A DNA stretch of 64,000 nucleotides from the NCBI GenBank assembly GCA_973895155.1, contig OZ316891.1:28277145-28341144 (forward strand). The letters are read 5' to 3'. Source of the DNA: Marsupella aquatica. Lineage: Eukaryota > Plantae > Marchantiophyta. Below are positions 1 through 11,615 of this stretch, piece after piece. The translations under genes were made by a program, and so were the position numbers. The notes beneath the pieces were generated by a model that was given only the letters and a program-made list of their open reading frames with translations, had not been told where the DNA came from and made no database searches. Within the stretch, counting starts at the first letter, position 1. Each line of letters begins with the position of its first letter.

Positions 1-3000
1 GTGCCAGAAGGGTTATGGTTTTGCCCTTCCTGTGCTCCACGTGCTACCTGAATTTTCTTCAGACCTCCTTTTGGCTGTGGTCTGGGGGGGGATACAGAGG
101 TTTACACCTCCACTACGTACATACCACTTCATTTGCTTTTTCTTGGCACTTGTGAATGTGATTGGACTTTTTCTATGCATGTTGGTTGCTAGCAGCTTGA
201 ACAAATGCCTTGCCGGTGACTTGTATGTTTTTGATACACTATGGCTACGATACTATATGTCACGACATGAAGGACCTAACCAGCCAAGCCAGGCCCCCAA
301 GGCCCACTCAATCTAAGAATCAGATCAGAACAGCCAAAGCCACTTGAAGCGAAAAGAGGCAGGTTTAGGTGGGAACATCCAACTTCTATCTTCCCCTTAA
401 CAGAGCGCCATGGCCTTGTGTTTGAGAATTTGTTGGGTCCGGTCAAGTGACACCTTGATTGTCCCTCCTGTATTTGACAACAGTGCCCAGACTCTGTTTT
501 TTTTTGGAAAGGGGGGGGGGGGAGATGGTAGATATGAATGCCCAAAGTGTAGTTGTGGAATGACTAATTACCCAAAATGTGATTTGTAGAATAACTAGAC
601 TTGGATGACCAGAATCTAGTGTGGAGAATGACCACACGTGAATCACCCGAAAGATGGTTGCCAATAAACCACCAGGGCCATATATAAGGGGAAGTGTCCC
701 AAACTTCCCCCTTTTCCACATTCCACTCGCTCCCCTCCTCTAGAATGCTGTCTCCTCATGATTTCAGGGGCAAAAGTACTATTAATGGTGAAACCTGGTG
801 GATTCAAGTTTGATTATGAACACTGGCCAATTTAAATTACAATTGCACCTGTAAGAGCTACCAGTTACTTGTAGCTCTCATTATGAAATGCACTGGTTCA
901 GTTTTCACTAGGATCCAATGGACTTGGGCTCCACCTTTTGTGGAGAGCATTCCATCTTTTATAGTGAGTACACTGTTCACCACAAGACAGGAATGAGCAG
1001 TACTTCGCAACAAGGCAAAGCATGGGTCTTTTATATGGGCAGGAGTAAACTGGAATGAATGGTGTAACAATGACTATGACATCCTTAGCCATTCGGCATT
1101 GATGTGGCAATACACAGAAACCAAGTGAGTCATGGGATCTAGGGCAGCTTATTTTTAAAAGGTTTTTACTTTTTCACCAAAGTGGTGAATGTCCAGTGGG
1201 TGAAGAAGAAGATGCTCAAAATATTCCTTATCTGAGTATTTTCCTGACCGTCAGATCTCCCTCGATTTAAGTATGACCTCTAGATTCTGGCTATTGGGAC
1301 CTATGATTAGGTGGGACACTGGCTAATGAGACAGCAAAATGGCAGCAAAATGGCGAAAGCTTTTTCGGGAGGTGGCATTTGGCAAATGTTTTGCAACTAA
1401 AGAAGTGCTGATCTAGGGTACAACTGGGAATTCATTGAAATTCATGAACTTAAAGCATGGCATGCTGGCTGGCGATGGATGGCACTATGAGTACTTGGAT
1501 TGTGATCAAACTTGGGTTGCACGCACCACCACAACTGGCCAAATGTGACCACTCTTTTGCTTGTGTATGGCCTGTGGGACATCCTCATTTTCCATCTACC
1601 TGTCGTCCACCTACCATCTGCAGTCAACATAGATATAGTACTTGTACAAATAAAAAAAAACCTTGACTGAATCTTTGCAACAGTATAGAACCGGGCCCCA
1701 CTCACGGGTCTCTGACATTTTGTATGTGTTTTGACAATAGAAAGCAAGCCTAGTACATCATCTAATATTTAGTGAAGTATTTCACACAATGCAGATTAGA
1801 ATAGTAAACAATTGCTGCATTATAGCATAGGTTCACTAATATCTTAGTAGAAATTACATGTTTTAAATGTTCTTATGACCAGGGCATTGTCTGAAAGTTC
1901 CTGCTCTGAATGGTCTCTTGGGGTGGGTTCAATGTGTATAGCGCATTGGTCCATGTGGTAGTTGTAGGAATTATTTAAAACATTCCTATAGCAATTCACA
2001 TATACTGCCGAGTATCCAGGAGAATTCCTGGGAGACAAGTCAGGCAATTCTCAAGGAACATAAATTTTGCATTCCTCCACGTACTAAAGTGTATATCACA
2101 CCCCCAAAGCACAAAAATTGTCAAACTGTGAGGCAAGATCCCAAATGCAGGAGACTCCATGAAGAGGCATAGTCAAGGGGAAAAGGCAGGAAGACCAAAG
2201 GGTCTAAAGTCCTTACTAGAGCCCCCAACATATGCAAATGAACTAAAGCCATACTCAATGGTAAACTGAGAAGCCACAGTAAACTAAGGAGCCTGGTAAA
2301 GCTCTGGGGTAATTGGCATAGGAGGGTCATGATCGAAGAGTCATTTGTCTAGAGGCCCCAAAGTACTCAAAACAAAGCAGCTTTGATTTGTTAGTCAGCT
2401 ATCATTCAGGCCACCACATTAGAATCTTGTCAAGTGATTCTTTCTTCTAAGAGAAACGAGCCAATGGACAGAATTTTTGGGCCCTGATTCCAGTACATTC
2501 ATATTTTTGGGGGCAAGTGGTATTGACTCTGCTTACGCTTGGAGCAGTGCGAGACAGACAGAGATGCTGTATAGCAAATTGATGCCGCTCGGGGACTGAC
2601 CCAAAGCATCAATGAGATGAGATGAGCTTAGCTTAGCCAGCCAGAGCTACTCTGGCAGTAGATCAAGGTATTTCAGCCCAGCAACAGATTAAGAAATTAT
2701 AAACTCAGCATGAGTAGTGCTGCATCACGTGGTCTTCACTGCATCATTCTGACTGCGCGCAATCGCAAACTCAGATTTACAGATTATGCTGCACATCTTG
2801 AACCTCAGTCTACAGTCGACAGTCTACACAATTCCTCCTTTATCGACAATTTTGACGGCAACACGCACGGCGAAATATATACAAGTCACGGCCATTTTAG
2901 CAAGGAGCAACATCATCCTAGGGGGCTAGACAATGCGCGTGGCATCATTCTCAGCAATACTGTTCGTGGCCGTAAGTCTGGAATGAACCGAGAGTGTCGA

Positions 3001-3243
3001 GGACAGCAAAGCAGTGAATTCATGCCTCAGGTGCCACGGTGCCTTGCCACCGCTGTGCAGAGGTTGTGGAGGAACAAACAACATACCATATAAATTAATC
3101 CAGCAAGCATAGAGCAGCCTACAATTCGGCCTGCGGGGAGGAAGAAGCAGCTAAGCAAGAACTGCTCTATAACCATGGAACTAGGGAAGTCAATGGGAAC
3201 AACTCTTCGGTTGACTTATTTAACGGAGCGCTAACTTTGGAGG

Positions 3244-6200
3244 TCTATCAGGAAACAGTAGAGTACTACAGTAGCCCCTTCAAAATTTTAATAAGAAGAC
3301 AATTTGTTGAAGGTAGCTTGCAGGGGTCAGAGTAAATTAAGTACGTTGAGGCTGTTCCAGATAGAAGTCCATTGACTGGTTGGCTGTCCATGAAGGATGC
3401 CGTTTGAGTAGATAGACATGGCCAGCTCGGTGCAAGTACAATCCCGTACAGGGTGTAGGCTCCTAGGCTGAACGGAATGCCTGATTACCTGTTCGAATCA
3501 AATGGCATGATCCATCACACTTTAAAACCCACGGGACAAAAAGCCATAGAAGAGTTTTTTTATAGATTAGAAAAAAATTAAGAGAATTTGTCAAGAAGTA
3601 AACAAGAGCAATGAAATACGGTAGGGTGGGACCGTGAGGAACACGAATAATGAATGTCAGTCGACAGTGCCCATCTATAGACAAGTTTCTAGATTACCGC
3701 TCTGACAAATGATTGCGGGCAGGTGTTAGACTGTTAGCAGTAGTAAGATTTGGCTCTATGTTGAATCACCCGATCATCAATTACAATAATGTACAGATTC
3801 AAGTTTACCCAAATTACTCAATTACAGTGGCTTTTCTGTGGAGCTTTTCCCGCCCCGATCGTTACTACTGTAGGCGTTCACTGCAAAGACTGTTAGCAGC
3901 AGTGAGCATCAAACGTCTATCTTCTAGCACAACATGGACACCCATGCGGGCACCCATGGCAGTGGTTTGGCGGCAGTTTACTGAGTTACCGCATGGGGCA
4001 CGATGATCGGGTGATGGAACTTTGAAGCACTAAGTTGGGACATAATTATCGTCCCATCACTGATTGTCCGTGGACAATAGCTTTCTGACAGTGCAATTGA
4101 GTAATTTGGGTGCCCCGCTGTATGTTGGATCAATGAATGGAATTCAATGAAATTTCTCAACGTTTGTTGAGCATCATGAGCCTCATTACATTTGAAGTCT
4201 TGACGGGGCATAAGGATATGACCGAGAACCCCTCTTGGAGATCTGATGGAGGGTGAATTTGTCTTTGCACAGACATTCAGTACAGCCTGCATCCATTCAG
4301 AGCTTTGTTCTTTTGCCCCATTTACCCTCTGACCAACCTCGACGAAGCACACGCTTTTACCGTGCACCAAGCAGTGGGGGGTTCATGTACAATTGACCAG
4401 GTACAGTACTCAAGAAGCATGTCCACCATCGATCCCACCACGACAAACAAAAGGCCACAACATTCGATCGTTCTTGGCGAACCAACCCCTGCCGGCAACC
4501 TACACAGGTACTCACCACGTACACTTCACAAGATGAACCAATCAGGGCTCAACCAGAGCCACCACGTCCGTAGTACGTCCGTGTCCCCGAATTCGATTCA
4601 TCGAGGCATCCTTACGTCTGATCAGTCAATTCAGTTGATTGAGTTTTCTCGCAACCCAAAATGAACCCCTTGTGCAACTAACTTGCTTGGGATCTGAGCT
4701 TTGTTACTCGATCACGGTATTTGGGTGTTCATGTTAATACCCGAGAGATTGATACTTTACTCAGAATGATCGATCTCGATGGGAGGAGGGATATCGATTG
4801 ATGGATGTGAGGCTCGTCGGTTAGTACCAGACCACCGAACCAGTTTGGTGACAGTGCGGTGGCTTACGGACATTCGACCCACGCCCGGCTCAGTACAATC
4901 GATGCTATTGCAACCATCAATATGTGACGTCTCGCTCTATTGTGAATACGTTACAATTGTGAAGGGCTCGTTTACGGACTGATTGTCTCGGTAACGTCAC
5001 TCCTGGACATTGACGTGTCCTGAAATCGTCTGAAAGTGAAGTCGAAGGAACCGACGCCTTACTCCGAGGTCTGGAAGTGAGCAGTGAGCCTGATGGTGAG
5101 TACTGGAAAGGCTCAGATCGAGTGCAAGGTCGATTCGTTGCCCGAACGAAAAGTTCTTCGTGGGTCTGAGGTCACAAATAGAACACCTGGTCACTGAGGC
5201 CGGACGATGAGTATCACTCAAAAATTAATTGCTCGCTTACTTAAAAAGTGCCAGAGTACTGCATTGGATTACACATCATTAGAGACAGAGTATTGTACCT
5301 CAATTGAGCAAAGGAAAGGCATGGTAGTACATTGTGAATGGAGGAACCAAAAACCAACAAGTTTGAGAGACTCAAGAGTGGTGAAAGACATTCATAGTGT
5401 ATTGTGGCTCTGAGCTCTCTTGTTTATATAGGTGAGTGAATTGAGTCCAAGAGTCGATCTAAAATCTGGTTGAGTGATTTGGTCTTAGCTGGACTTTTCT
5501 AGTCAAGCCGTCTTATTAAGACCATTTGCCCTCTCGGATTTAGAGTCTGTTGTTTGACTTTGCTTCATGCACTCTCAAATCAGACTTCTTTTGTTGACTC
5601 AATTTAACCCAAGAGTCAATCTAGAAAGGAAGGAGTGATCTGGGTCTGAGTTTGAGTCTTAGCTCAGTGTCTTAGCTCAGTCCAGCCGTCTAATTAGACC
5701 ATGAGCAATCATACTCTTAGTTTCAAGCTCATTATTGACTTGGCTTTCTATGTAGATCAAAAGGAGTGGTTTGGGTTTGAGTCAATTGCTTCCATTTTGT
5801 GGGATCTACGTAGAATGATTTTAGACAGTACTTACTTTGACTGACATACATTTCATGGGAAAAAGAGTATTGTACTTCAATTGAGCGAGAGAGTACTTGC
5901 TTGAAGGCATATGGACGAAAGTGTACTTTGTATTCAATTTTTCGATTCTCCTGCTCCTGCTTCTCGCGATCGTGTAATGGATCAACCAATTAAAGAGGTC
6001 ATGTACTGCAGTGCAGTTTTGGCAACAGAAAGGATCTGTGTGGAAAGAATGCTGACGGAGTCATGATAATTGGTAACAAGTTAAGCACTGCCTGCCGCAC
6101 CCCATCTAAGCAAAAGTGAGACTTCAATCTCCTTCATTGTACAGTACCTTCACAGACTAATTAATTAATGTCTCGTCCGGACGCAATTCTACGAAATATT

Positions 6201-6412
6201 TGGGGATAACCCGAAATCTGTTCTAAGTGAGGGAGACAAGATTCGAGAGCCATGTCTGTTCGAAGTACTTGAAGTGTAAGGTCGACTTAACAATGTTCCT
6301 CACCCAATTATCTTGAGTGCACTTACGATGGAACAGGACCGATATGAAAAATTGCCAAATGTTTTGTAGAGCCAACCTTGACACGGCAATGAAGTCTAGT
6401 GAAGAGGATGTG
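3244..6412. repeat. 3.1-kb direct repeat, copy 1 (uncharacterised)
   Basis: Sequence from TCTATCAGGAAACAG to GAAGAGGATGTG recurs at 15437-18551. ORF-track peptides are identical at offset 12193 (e.g. 3463/15656, 3978/16171). Copy 1 has an extra ~55 bp at ~6028-6082. Confidence 0.97.
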
Positions 6413-6631
6413 GGACGCGGAGTCGACGATGTTACTTTGAAAAAATTAGAGTGCTCAAAGCAAGCCTATGCTCTGAATACATTAGCATGGAATAACGTGA
6501 TAGGACTCTGGTCCTATTTTGTTGGTCTTCGGGACGGGAGTAATGATTAATAGGGACAGTTGGGGGCATTCGTATTTCATTGTCAGAGGTGAAATTCTTG
6601 GATTTATGAAAGACAAACTTCTGCGAAAGCA
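6411..6631 (+). pseudogene. 18S rRNA gene fragment (V4 and downstream conserved region), not a functional rDNA unit
   Basis: Contains TTACTTTGAAAAAATTAGAGTGCTCAAAGCAAGC...GGGGGCATTCGTATTTCATTGTCAGAGGTGAAATTCTTGGATTTATGAAAGAC...CTGCGAAAGCA, a plant 18S signature. Only ~220 bp, with unrelated flanks. Confidence 0.95.
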
Positions 6632-6814
6632 CCAATGGTGCCGCCGCAGTGGGAGTTCCCGACGGAGTCTCGGGGATGGGAGATACCCGCCGCTTCCTCG
6701 GAGACGGCATCTCGGGTCGTAACGACCCAGACTCGGCTGACGGACTTCACGCCGATCAGCCCGCCCCCTAGTCCGATGGGAGCCGCCGCGGGCCCTAAGT
6801 TAGAGGTAAGATGC

Positions 6815-6900
6815 AACACCAAATGGTGTTCTTTGCTTGAGACAAGGTAGAGGTGACTCCAAATGGTGTTCTTTGCTTGAGGCAAAGTTTGAGGTCACAC
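6815..6900. repeat. short tandem duplication (~40 bp unit)
   Basis: CCAAATGGTGTTCTTTGCTTGAG occurs twice in tandem. Confidence 0.8.
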
Positions 6901-7911
6901 CAGATTTCTGTATACCATAATTAATATATGATATACTATATTACATATATTAATTAATGAATAATATTTAATATATTTCCATGTCTGATCTGGAGTAATT
7001 TTTCACAGCTCCGATTACTGTAGGGAAGAATTTCCGCTTCTGAGAGGGAAAGTGAATACACGAGATTAAGAACTACCAAGAAAATCGATGGTGTCACTGC
7101 CCACAAGATTGATTGTCGAAGAGTGCTTATACTAGAGGATAACGTACGCATTATAATTTTCCATGAACTTTGGGTTGTTCTTCTATCCAAGTACAGATCT
7201 TTGATCTTGGAAACATTTATACAATTTCTGGTAGGATCTCTCCACTCCTGCCTAAACTTTGAGCATTCATAGACCCAGCGGTAGATCCAATCATCTTGGA
7301 TGAGACCGTCTACACCTCAACATGCACATTCTCGATCAGTACAATTTTTCCATCTTGAACACGGAAATATTGTCACCAGATTCTAACACCGTAAAAAGTG
7401 ATCCATTCAAATTACTTTGTTAAATCTTGCACCATATATTATATGGATAAATTAAACAATGCACTCATTTGAACAGCAGATTTTGAGCGTGGCAAGGGAT
7501 TAGTACCAGATGAGAGAGATTTTGCGTCAAGATTCAGCAACAGATTTTGTTAGTGGCTGCGGGTGACTTGTGACTCTTTCAGCTCTCCTTTCTGGGGCTG
7601 CTGCTTTGCTCTTTCCTTATAGCCCGCTTTTCCTTCTGGCCCACCCGGGTGGTTGTCGCTTTTTTTGCATGTCTTTTGACTATTGTGCTGCTCTTTTCCC
7701 CTTGGCGGGGGCTTTCCGCGTTATTACCAAAATTAAAAATCTCTCTCCCCCCCTTCTTCGGGGGGGGCGGGGTCCCCAAAGAAAAAGTTTGTCAAACGTC
7801 CAGGTGAGATTATATCCATTCATTCCTCTTCCTGGAACTCCTATCACAGGCTATATATGATCTCTAGCTTCCTGGAGCTCCTATACAGGCTCTATATGAT
7901 ATATTGCTCTT

Positions 7912-8217
7912 TTTTTGCCTTGAAAACCGAAAGCATGCCCATTCAATAGAGGATAGACGTCTTGTTTTGGAGCATGCATTTCTATGTAGGGCAATCACAA
8001 GGGGACAATACCCAGGGACCCGACAGGGACGGAGAGAAGATTAAACCAGAACCCAAAGTGGGTAACCAGGGCTGAGGAGATAATCAATACTCCCACCACT
8101 ACACCCCACCCACACACAAACATACCCTCCACACCCCTTATGTGTGGAGGGAGGATTGAACCTGGGTGGGACCTCTCGGTTCTAGACTCATCCTCTGGCC
8201 AACTGACCAAAGCCGGT
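7912..8217 (-). mobile_element. tRNA-derived SINE with target-site duplication
   Basis: Minus strand has A-box-like TGGTCAGTTGG and B-box GGTTCAATCC, and a short A-tail (T-run at ~7910-7916 on +). Flanked by direct repeat TGATATATTGCTCTT at 7897-7911 and 8218-8232. The body recurs at ~42190-42323 and the head at ~14865-14910. Confidence 0.75.
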
Positions 8218-8239
8218 TGATATATTGCTCTTGCCCGGT

Positions 8240-8641
8240 TTCAATTCGCAGTAAGTTAGTGCGCAATCAGACTCTGTGGATTCTCCGAAGTAAGGTCTGC
8301 CCAGATTTAGTTTGTACAGCTCTGCTTCAATTTGTTGTTGTGTGCACGCTGTATCTCCGAAGTAGCCCAGATCGATTTTGTACAGCCTTGACTCAATTCG
8401 CAGGAGTGCCACGCTGTATGTCGTAGTCATTCTCGATTGTGGATTCTCCGAAATAGCCCAGATTGATTTTTTTTTTTGCAAGCAGCACATCGAAGTGTCA
8501 TACTCTGTGGATTCTCCGAAGTAGGCCCGATCATGGATTTTATGCTGCACTGCTTCAATTCGCAATAGCGCTAAAGCAGTACACCGTAGAGTCGTACTCT
8601 CTGGATGCTCGTACTAAGAAGCGCAGATCAGTTTTGTGCAG
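8240..8641 (+). repeat. degenerate repeat array (core TGGATTCTCCGAAGTAGCCCAGAT...TTTTGTACAGC...TTCAATTCGCA) with variable linkers, inside a putative 5'-UTR intron
   Basis: TCTCCGAA cores at 8282, 8354, 8445 and 8513, plus a degenerate fifth unit at ~8596. GTAAGT donor at 8251 and TTTTGTGCAG acceptor ending at 8641. Confidence 0.75.
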
Positions 8642-8662
8642 CGAGTCGGTGAGAACGAAGTC

Positions 8663-9202
8663 ATGATGAATCGGCCTCCATGGATTCCCATAGGCGGAGA
8701 TTGGTTGGACAATATGCCGCAGGGGCAGGATTGGGCTCCACCAGCGACACCTGCGCAGCCCGTGAAGGAGATTAGATTTCGACAAGTGCAGGGACGCTCC
8801 TCGAATCAGACGACGTATGTGGTGGAGTATCTCTATGCCTCTGTGGGGGCGGCACATCTCGGAAATGGCACGGCCACCAACAGAGCGGTGAGAAAGTGGG
8901 TGCAGCAAGAGGTAGGGCGACCCAGAGACGACTCCGGCCACATCATCGGGAATAATCAGGGGGGATTGGGAACTGTGTTGTGGAACATCTTCCCGCAAAA
9001 TGGCAACTTCAACCGCGGAGTGTTCAGTCATGATGTTGAGAGGATGATCTACGAGGCCGCGCTGGCAGGTCCCGGGGATGTCCGGATTTGGTTCTTTTTT
9101 GAATACGGCGACCCAAATTTCCCGGGTCGACCCACCAAATTTTGGTTTTACATTTGCTTCCCAAATGGCAGCTTCATCAACAACGATCTCTTGAACCCGT
9201 GA
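8663..9202 (+). CDS. DNA/RNA non-specific endonuclease, His-Me finger (Endonuclease_NS_2-like), 179 aa, intronless
   Basis: Motif DDSGHIIG..GG.....NIFPQN.NFNRG.F...E matches the D[RS]GH...GG...N..PQ...N(RG) signature. C-terminal Y....RP..F pattern present. Open frame, first ATG at 8663. Confidence 0.85.
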   Translation: MMNRPPWIPIGGDWLDNMPQGQDWAPPATPAQPVKEIRFRQVQGRSSNQTTYVVEYLYASVGAAHLGNGTATNRAVRKWVQQEVGRPRDDSGHIIGNNQGGLGTVLWNIFPQNGNFNRGVFSHDVERMIYEAALAGPGDVRIWFFFEYGDPNFPGRPTKFWFYICFPNGSFINNDLLNP

Positions 9203-9586
9203 CATGGATGGATGAATATCCAGTTGACTAGTTGTGGATCTGCATCGACTTATTTACCGGGCCATGGCTTTCGTTATTACCTGGTCCTATCGAGTCGCGT
9301 TGTGAACGCACCATCCGCGAATGTAGCATCAGGGCCACAAAAGATCAAATATACATTAGATAGATAGATTGAGAAATTTCGCATAACGGCGTGTTCACAT
9401 CACGGTGAGGCTCATCGGATTGCATAAGCTATATAAAATAAGTTATTTCAATCTATTAGATTCTGTATTGAACTCTATTGGTTGTACAGTGTTTAAGTGA
9501 AGTTTCCGTCTTTGTTGTCGCACTACTATTCTGAAGAGTATGAGATTCATAGCACAGGCCGGTACTGGAATTTTCAAATGTGGCTT

Positions 9587-10581
9587 CTAGCAACTAGCAG
9601 AGTCCTTTTGGGATTGTAATGGGTCCCCCACAATGGGAATATTGGGGCTGACATTTTCACTGTCAGTCGTATCCGCTGGCACAGGTAATGAGAACTCAGT
9701 CGTGGGAGCACACACAGACTTGAGTTTCTTTTGCAATTCGATTTCAGCATATTGCATCCTTGCCAAAGTAAACCTCTTCTGCCTCTCGTCCAATCCATCC
9801 ATCTTGACTTGGAACAGCTCGAGGTCAGCACTAGCCTCCATGACCCGAGCTCTTCTTTCAAGTGCTGCTGCGATCGCCAGTGCTCCGTCTTGCTGACTTG
9901 ACTTGTTTCGAGCCAGCTTCTTTTCCAAAGCCAAGACCTCCTTGGCTTTTTTGTTACCAATAGGCCTTTCAGTAGTCATCTCAGGAGTGCCAGCCTCCCT
10001 AGCTTGGAAGCTGCTGCTCATTATCCTCGAGGTCAATGGTAGCCTGCTCAGGGACTGGGACGCTCTGGTTGCTCTTTCGTTTGTTGGACCTCTCCACCTG
10101 CTTCTCATTGAGCCTTGCAGCGATTTGCCACTTGGGAGAATCCTTGAGAATCCTCCAAGCACCCTCGTAAGCGAAATCAGAGCCCTTCTTGTGTGTCTGC
10201 TGATAAAGGGCCTTCGCCTTCTCCATTCGGTCTTCTTCATTATTGCTTCCCGACTCATTCATTGAGCTCTACAACAGCTGACATAGCGCCAGAGAATTTG
10301 GCGCAATCGTGGTTCACCTCTGACCATTTTGAACCCGGCGATCGAATTGACCTAGGGACAATTCTAACCTCGCCCGACCACTTCCGTCCGTGATCCGCCA
10401 TTGCCTTGTTGAAATGAACTGCAGTCTTCGTCCAGTAGACCTCCGATTTTTGCTGGGCTCCAACAGCAGAACACTGGCTACATTCCAACCAAGAACGAGC
10501 AAGCTGTTCAATTTCAATGTTCGAAAAGGTAGCCTGCTTCTTCCCTCTCGCCTTGGCTGCAACATCCGATGATGAATTCAT
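9587..10581 (-). pseudogene. PIF/Harbinger-associated Myb/SANT-like (NAM-associated, GST-T3-like) protein, frameshifted
   Basis: FS..E.EQLARSWLECS...VGAQQK...YW, then KW..VN..C.KF, then F.YE.AW.IL.DSPKW and RPIGNKKAK, spread over three frames. The first shift is caused by a 4-bp duplication (CATTCATT at 10256-10263), the second lies near 10000. Confidence 0.85.
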
Positions 10582-11079
10582 GGTGGGAGAGTCGTGGTGG
10601 AGAGACGCAGCAGCACAGTCTCGAATTTGATTGACAATTCTGGTGGGAACTGAGCTCGCACGATCGAAGTAGTGGACATGTGAAATGGGCTGACATTCAT
10701 CAGAAAGTAATGGACAAGTGTAGGGATAGAGCACAGTTCGGACTCGAAATCCCTGTTTGCATTGCCTCCGTCCCGCGACTAATTGTTATTGTAGAAGGAG
10801 AGGTTCTCATTGGCCTCCGCCACCCAGCTTCCCCTCGGCTTTTGCCATTCACCGTTTCTTTATCAAATAATTTTATTTATTTACAAGGTCAATTAAAAAT
10901 AATTCATGAGGTGAGTATTTATTTACTTATTTAAAGGTCAATTAAAAGTAATTTGGTGGCAGACATTTTTAAAATAAATCCTTGTAAAGTTAAATTCCCT
11001 CTTAAAGTTTTGACAGACTTTTACTTGGATTGATGAGACCCCAAAATGACAAGAGTTTCTTTATGGGACTCTTAAATCC

Positions 11080-11370
11080 TGTCAGGAGAAGAGGTTACCG
11101 ATGTGTAACCATTTTGTCAGGAGAAGAGGTTACCGGTGTGTAACCATTTCTACAGGGGCCTGCTATAGTCATAATCTGGTGTCCTGAAAAATTGAGTCGG
11201 TAACCTCTTTCCGGGCAGGAGTTACTTACGCTAATGCAGGGCAGGGCTGGGATTATAGGCTGTAACCTGCTCCCGGATTATTCAGACTTCCCAGCTACCG
11301 CTGGTCAGTTTCTTTTCATATTCTGGATGCAGGGTTACAGCCTAGTAACCCTGCGCCCAGACCTGCATTA
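11080..11370. repeat. cluster of GGTTAC-N6-GTAACC palindromes
   Basis: Perfect copies at 11093-11110, 11128-11145 (35-bp tandem unit) and 11333-11350 (10-bp arms). Degenerate copy at ~11250-11267. Confidence 0.8.
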
Positions 11371-11615
11371 CCCTATACATGAGTGATATAGACAGTTGAT
11401 TTAAAGTCTACAGAAGATATCAACCGTGTGGACTTCTCAATGGTCTTATCAAGTGACACTAGAGATTCGAACTGCTGAAATGTCGATGCCTCAAGCTGAA
11501 ATCAACAAATGTAACCTCACACTAATTAGGGTGTGTGAGACTAAATAATGTAGAGAATGTAGGTAGCAAAGCTTTGTCTCAAACCACATTGCTAGCGAGA
11601 AAAAAATTTACCCGG

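Noticed and set aside
3463-5989. Short ORFs inside the 3.1-kb repeat (60-130 aa)
   Set aside because: No recognisable domain. Identity between the copies reflects recent duplication, not coding constraint.
6411-6631. Functional rRNA gene
   Set aside because: Only ~220 bp of 18S, with no ITS, 5.8S or 26S.
8240-8641. Canonical CRISPR array
   Set aside because: Eukaryotic context, degenerate repeats of unequal length, irregular spacing and no cas genes. Kept only as an unexplained array.
8555-9205. 216-aa antisense ORF over the nuclease
   Set aside because: Shadow frame. The catalytic motifs are on the + strand.
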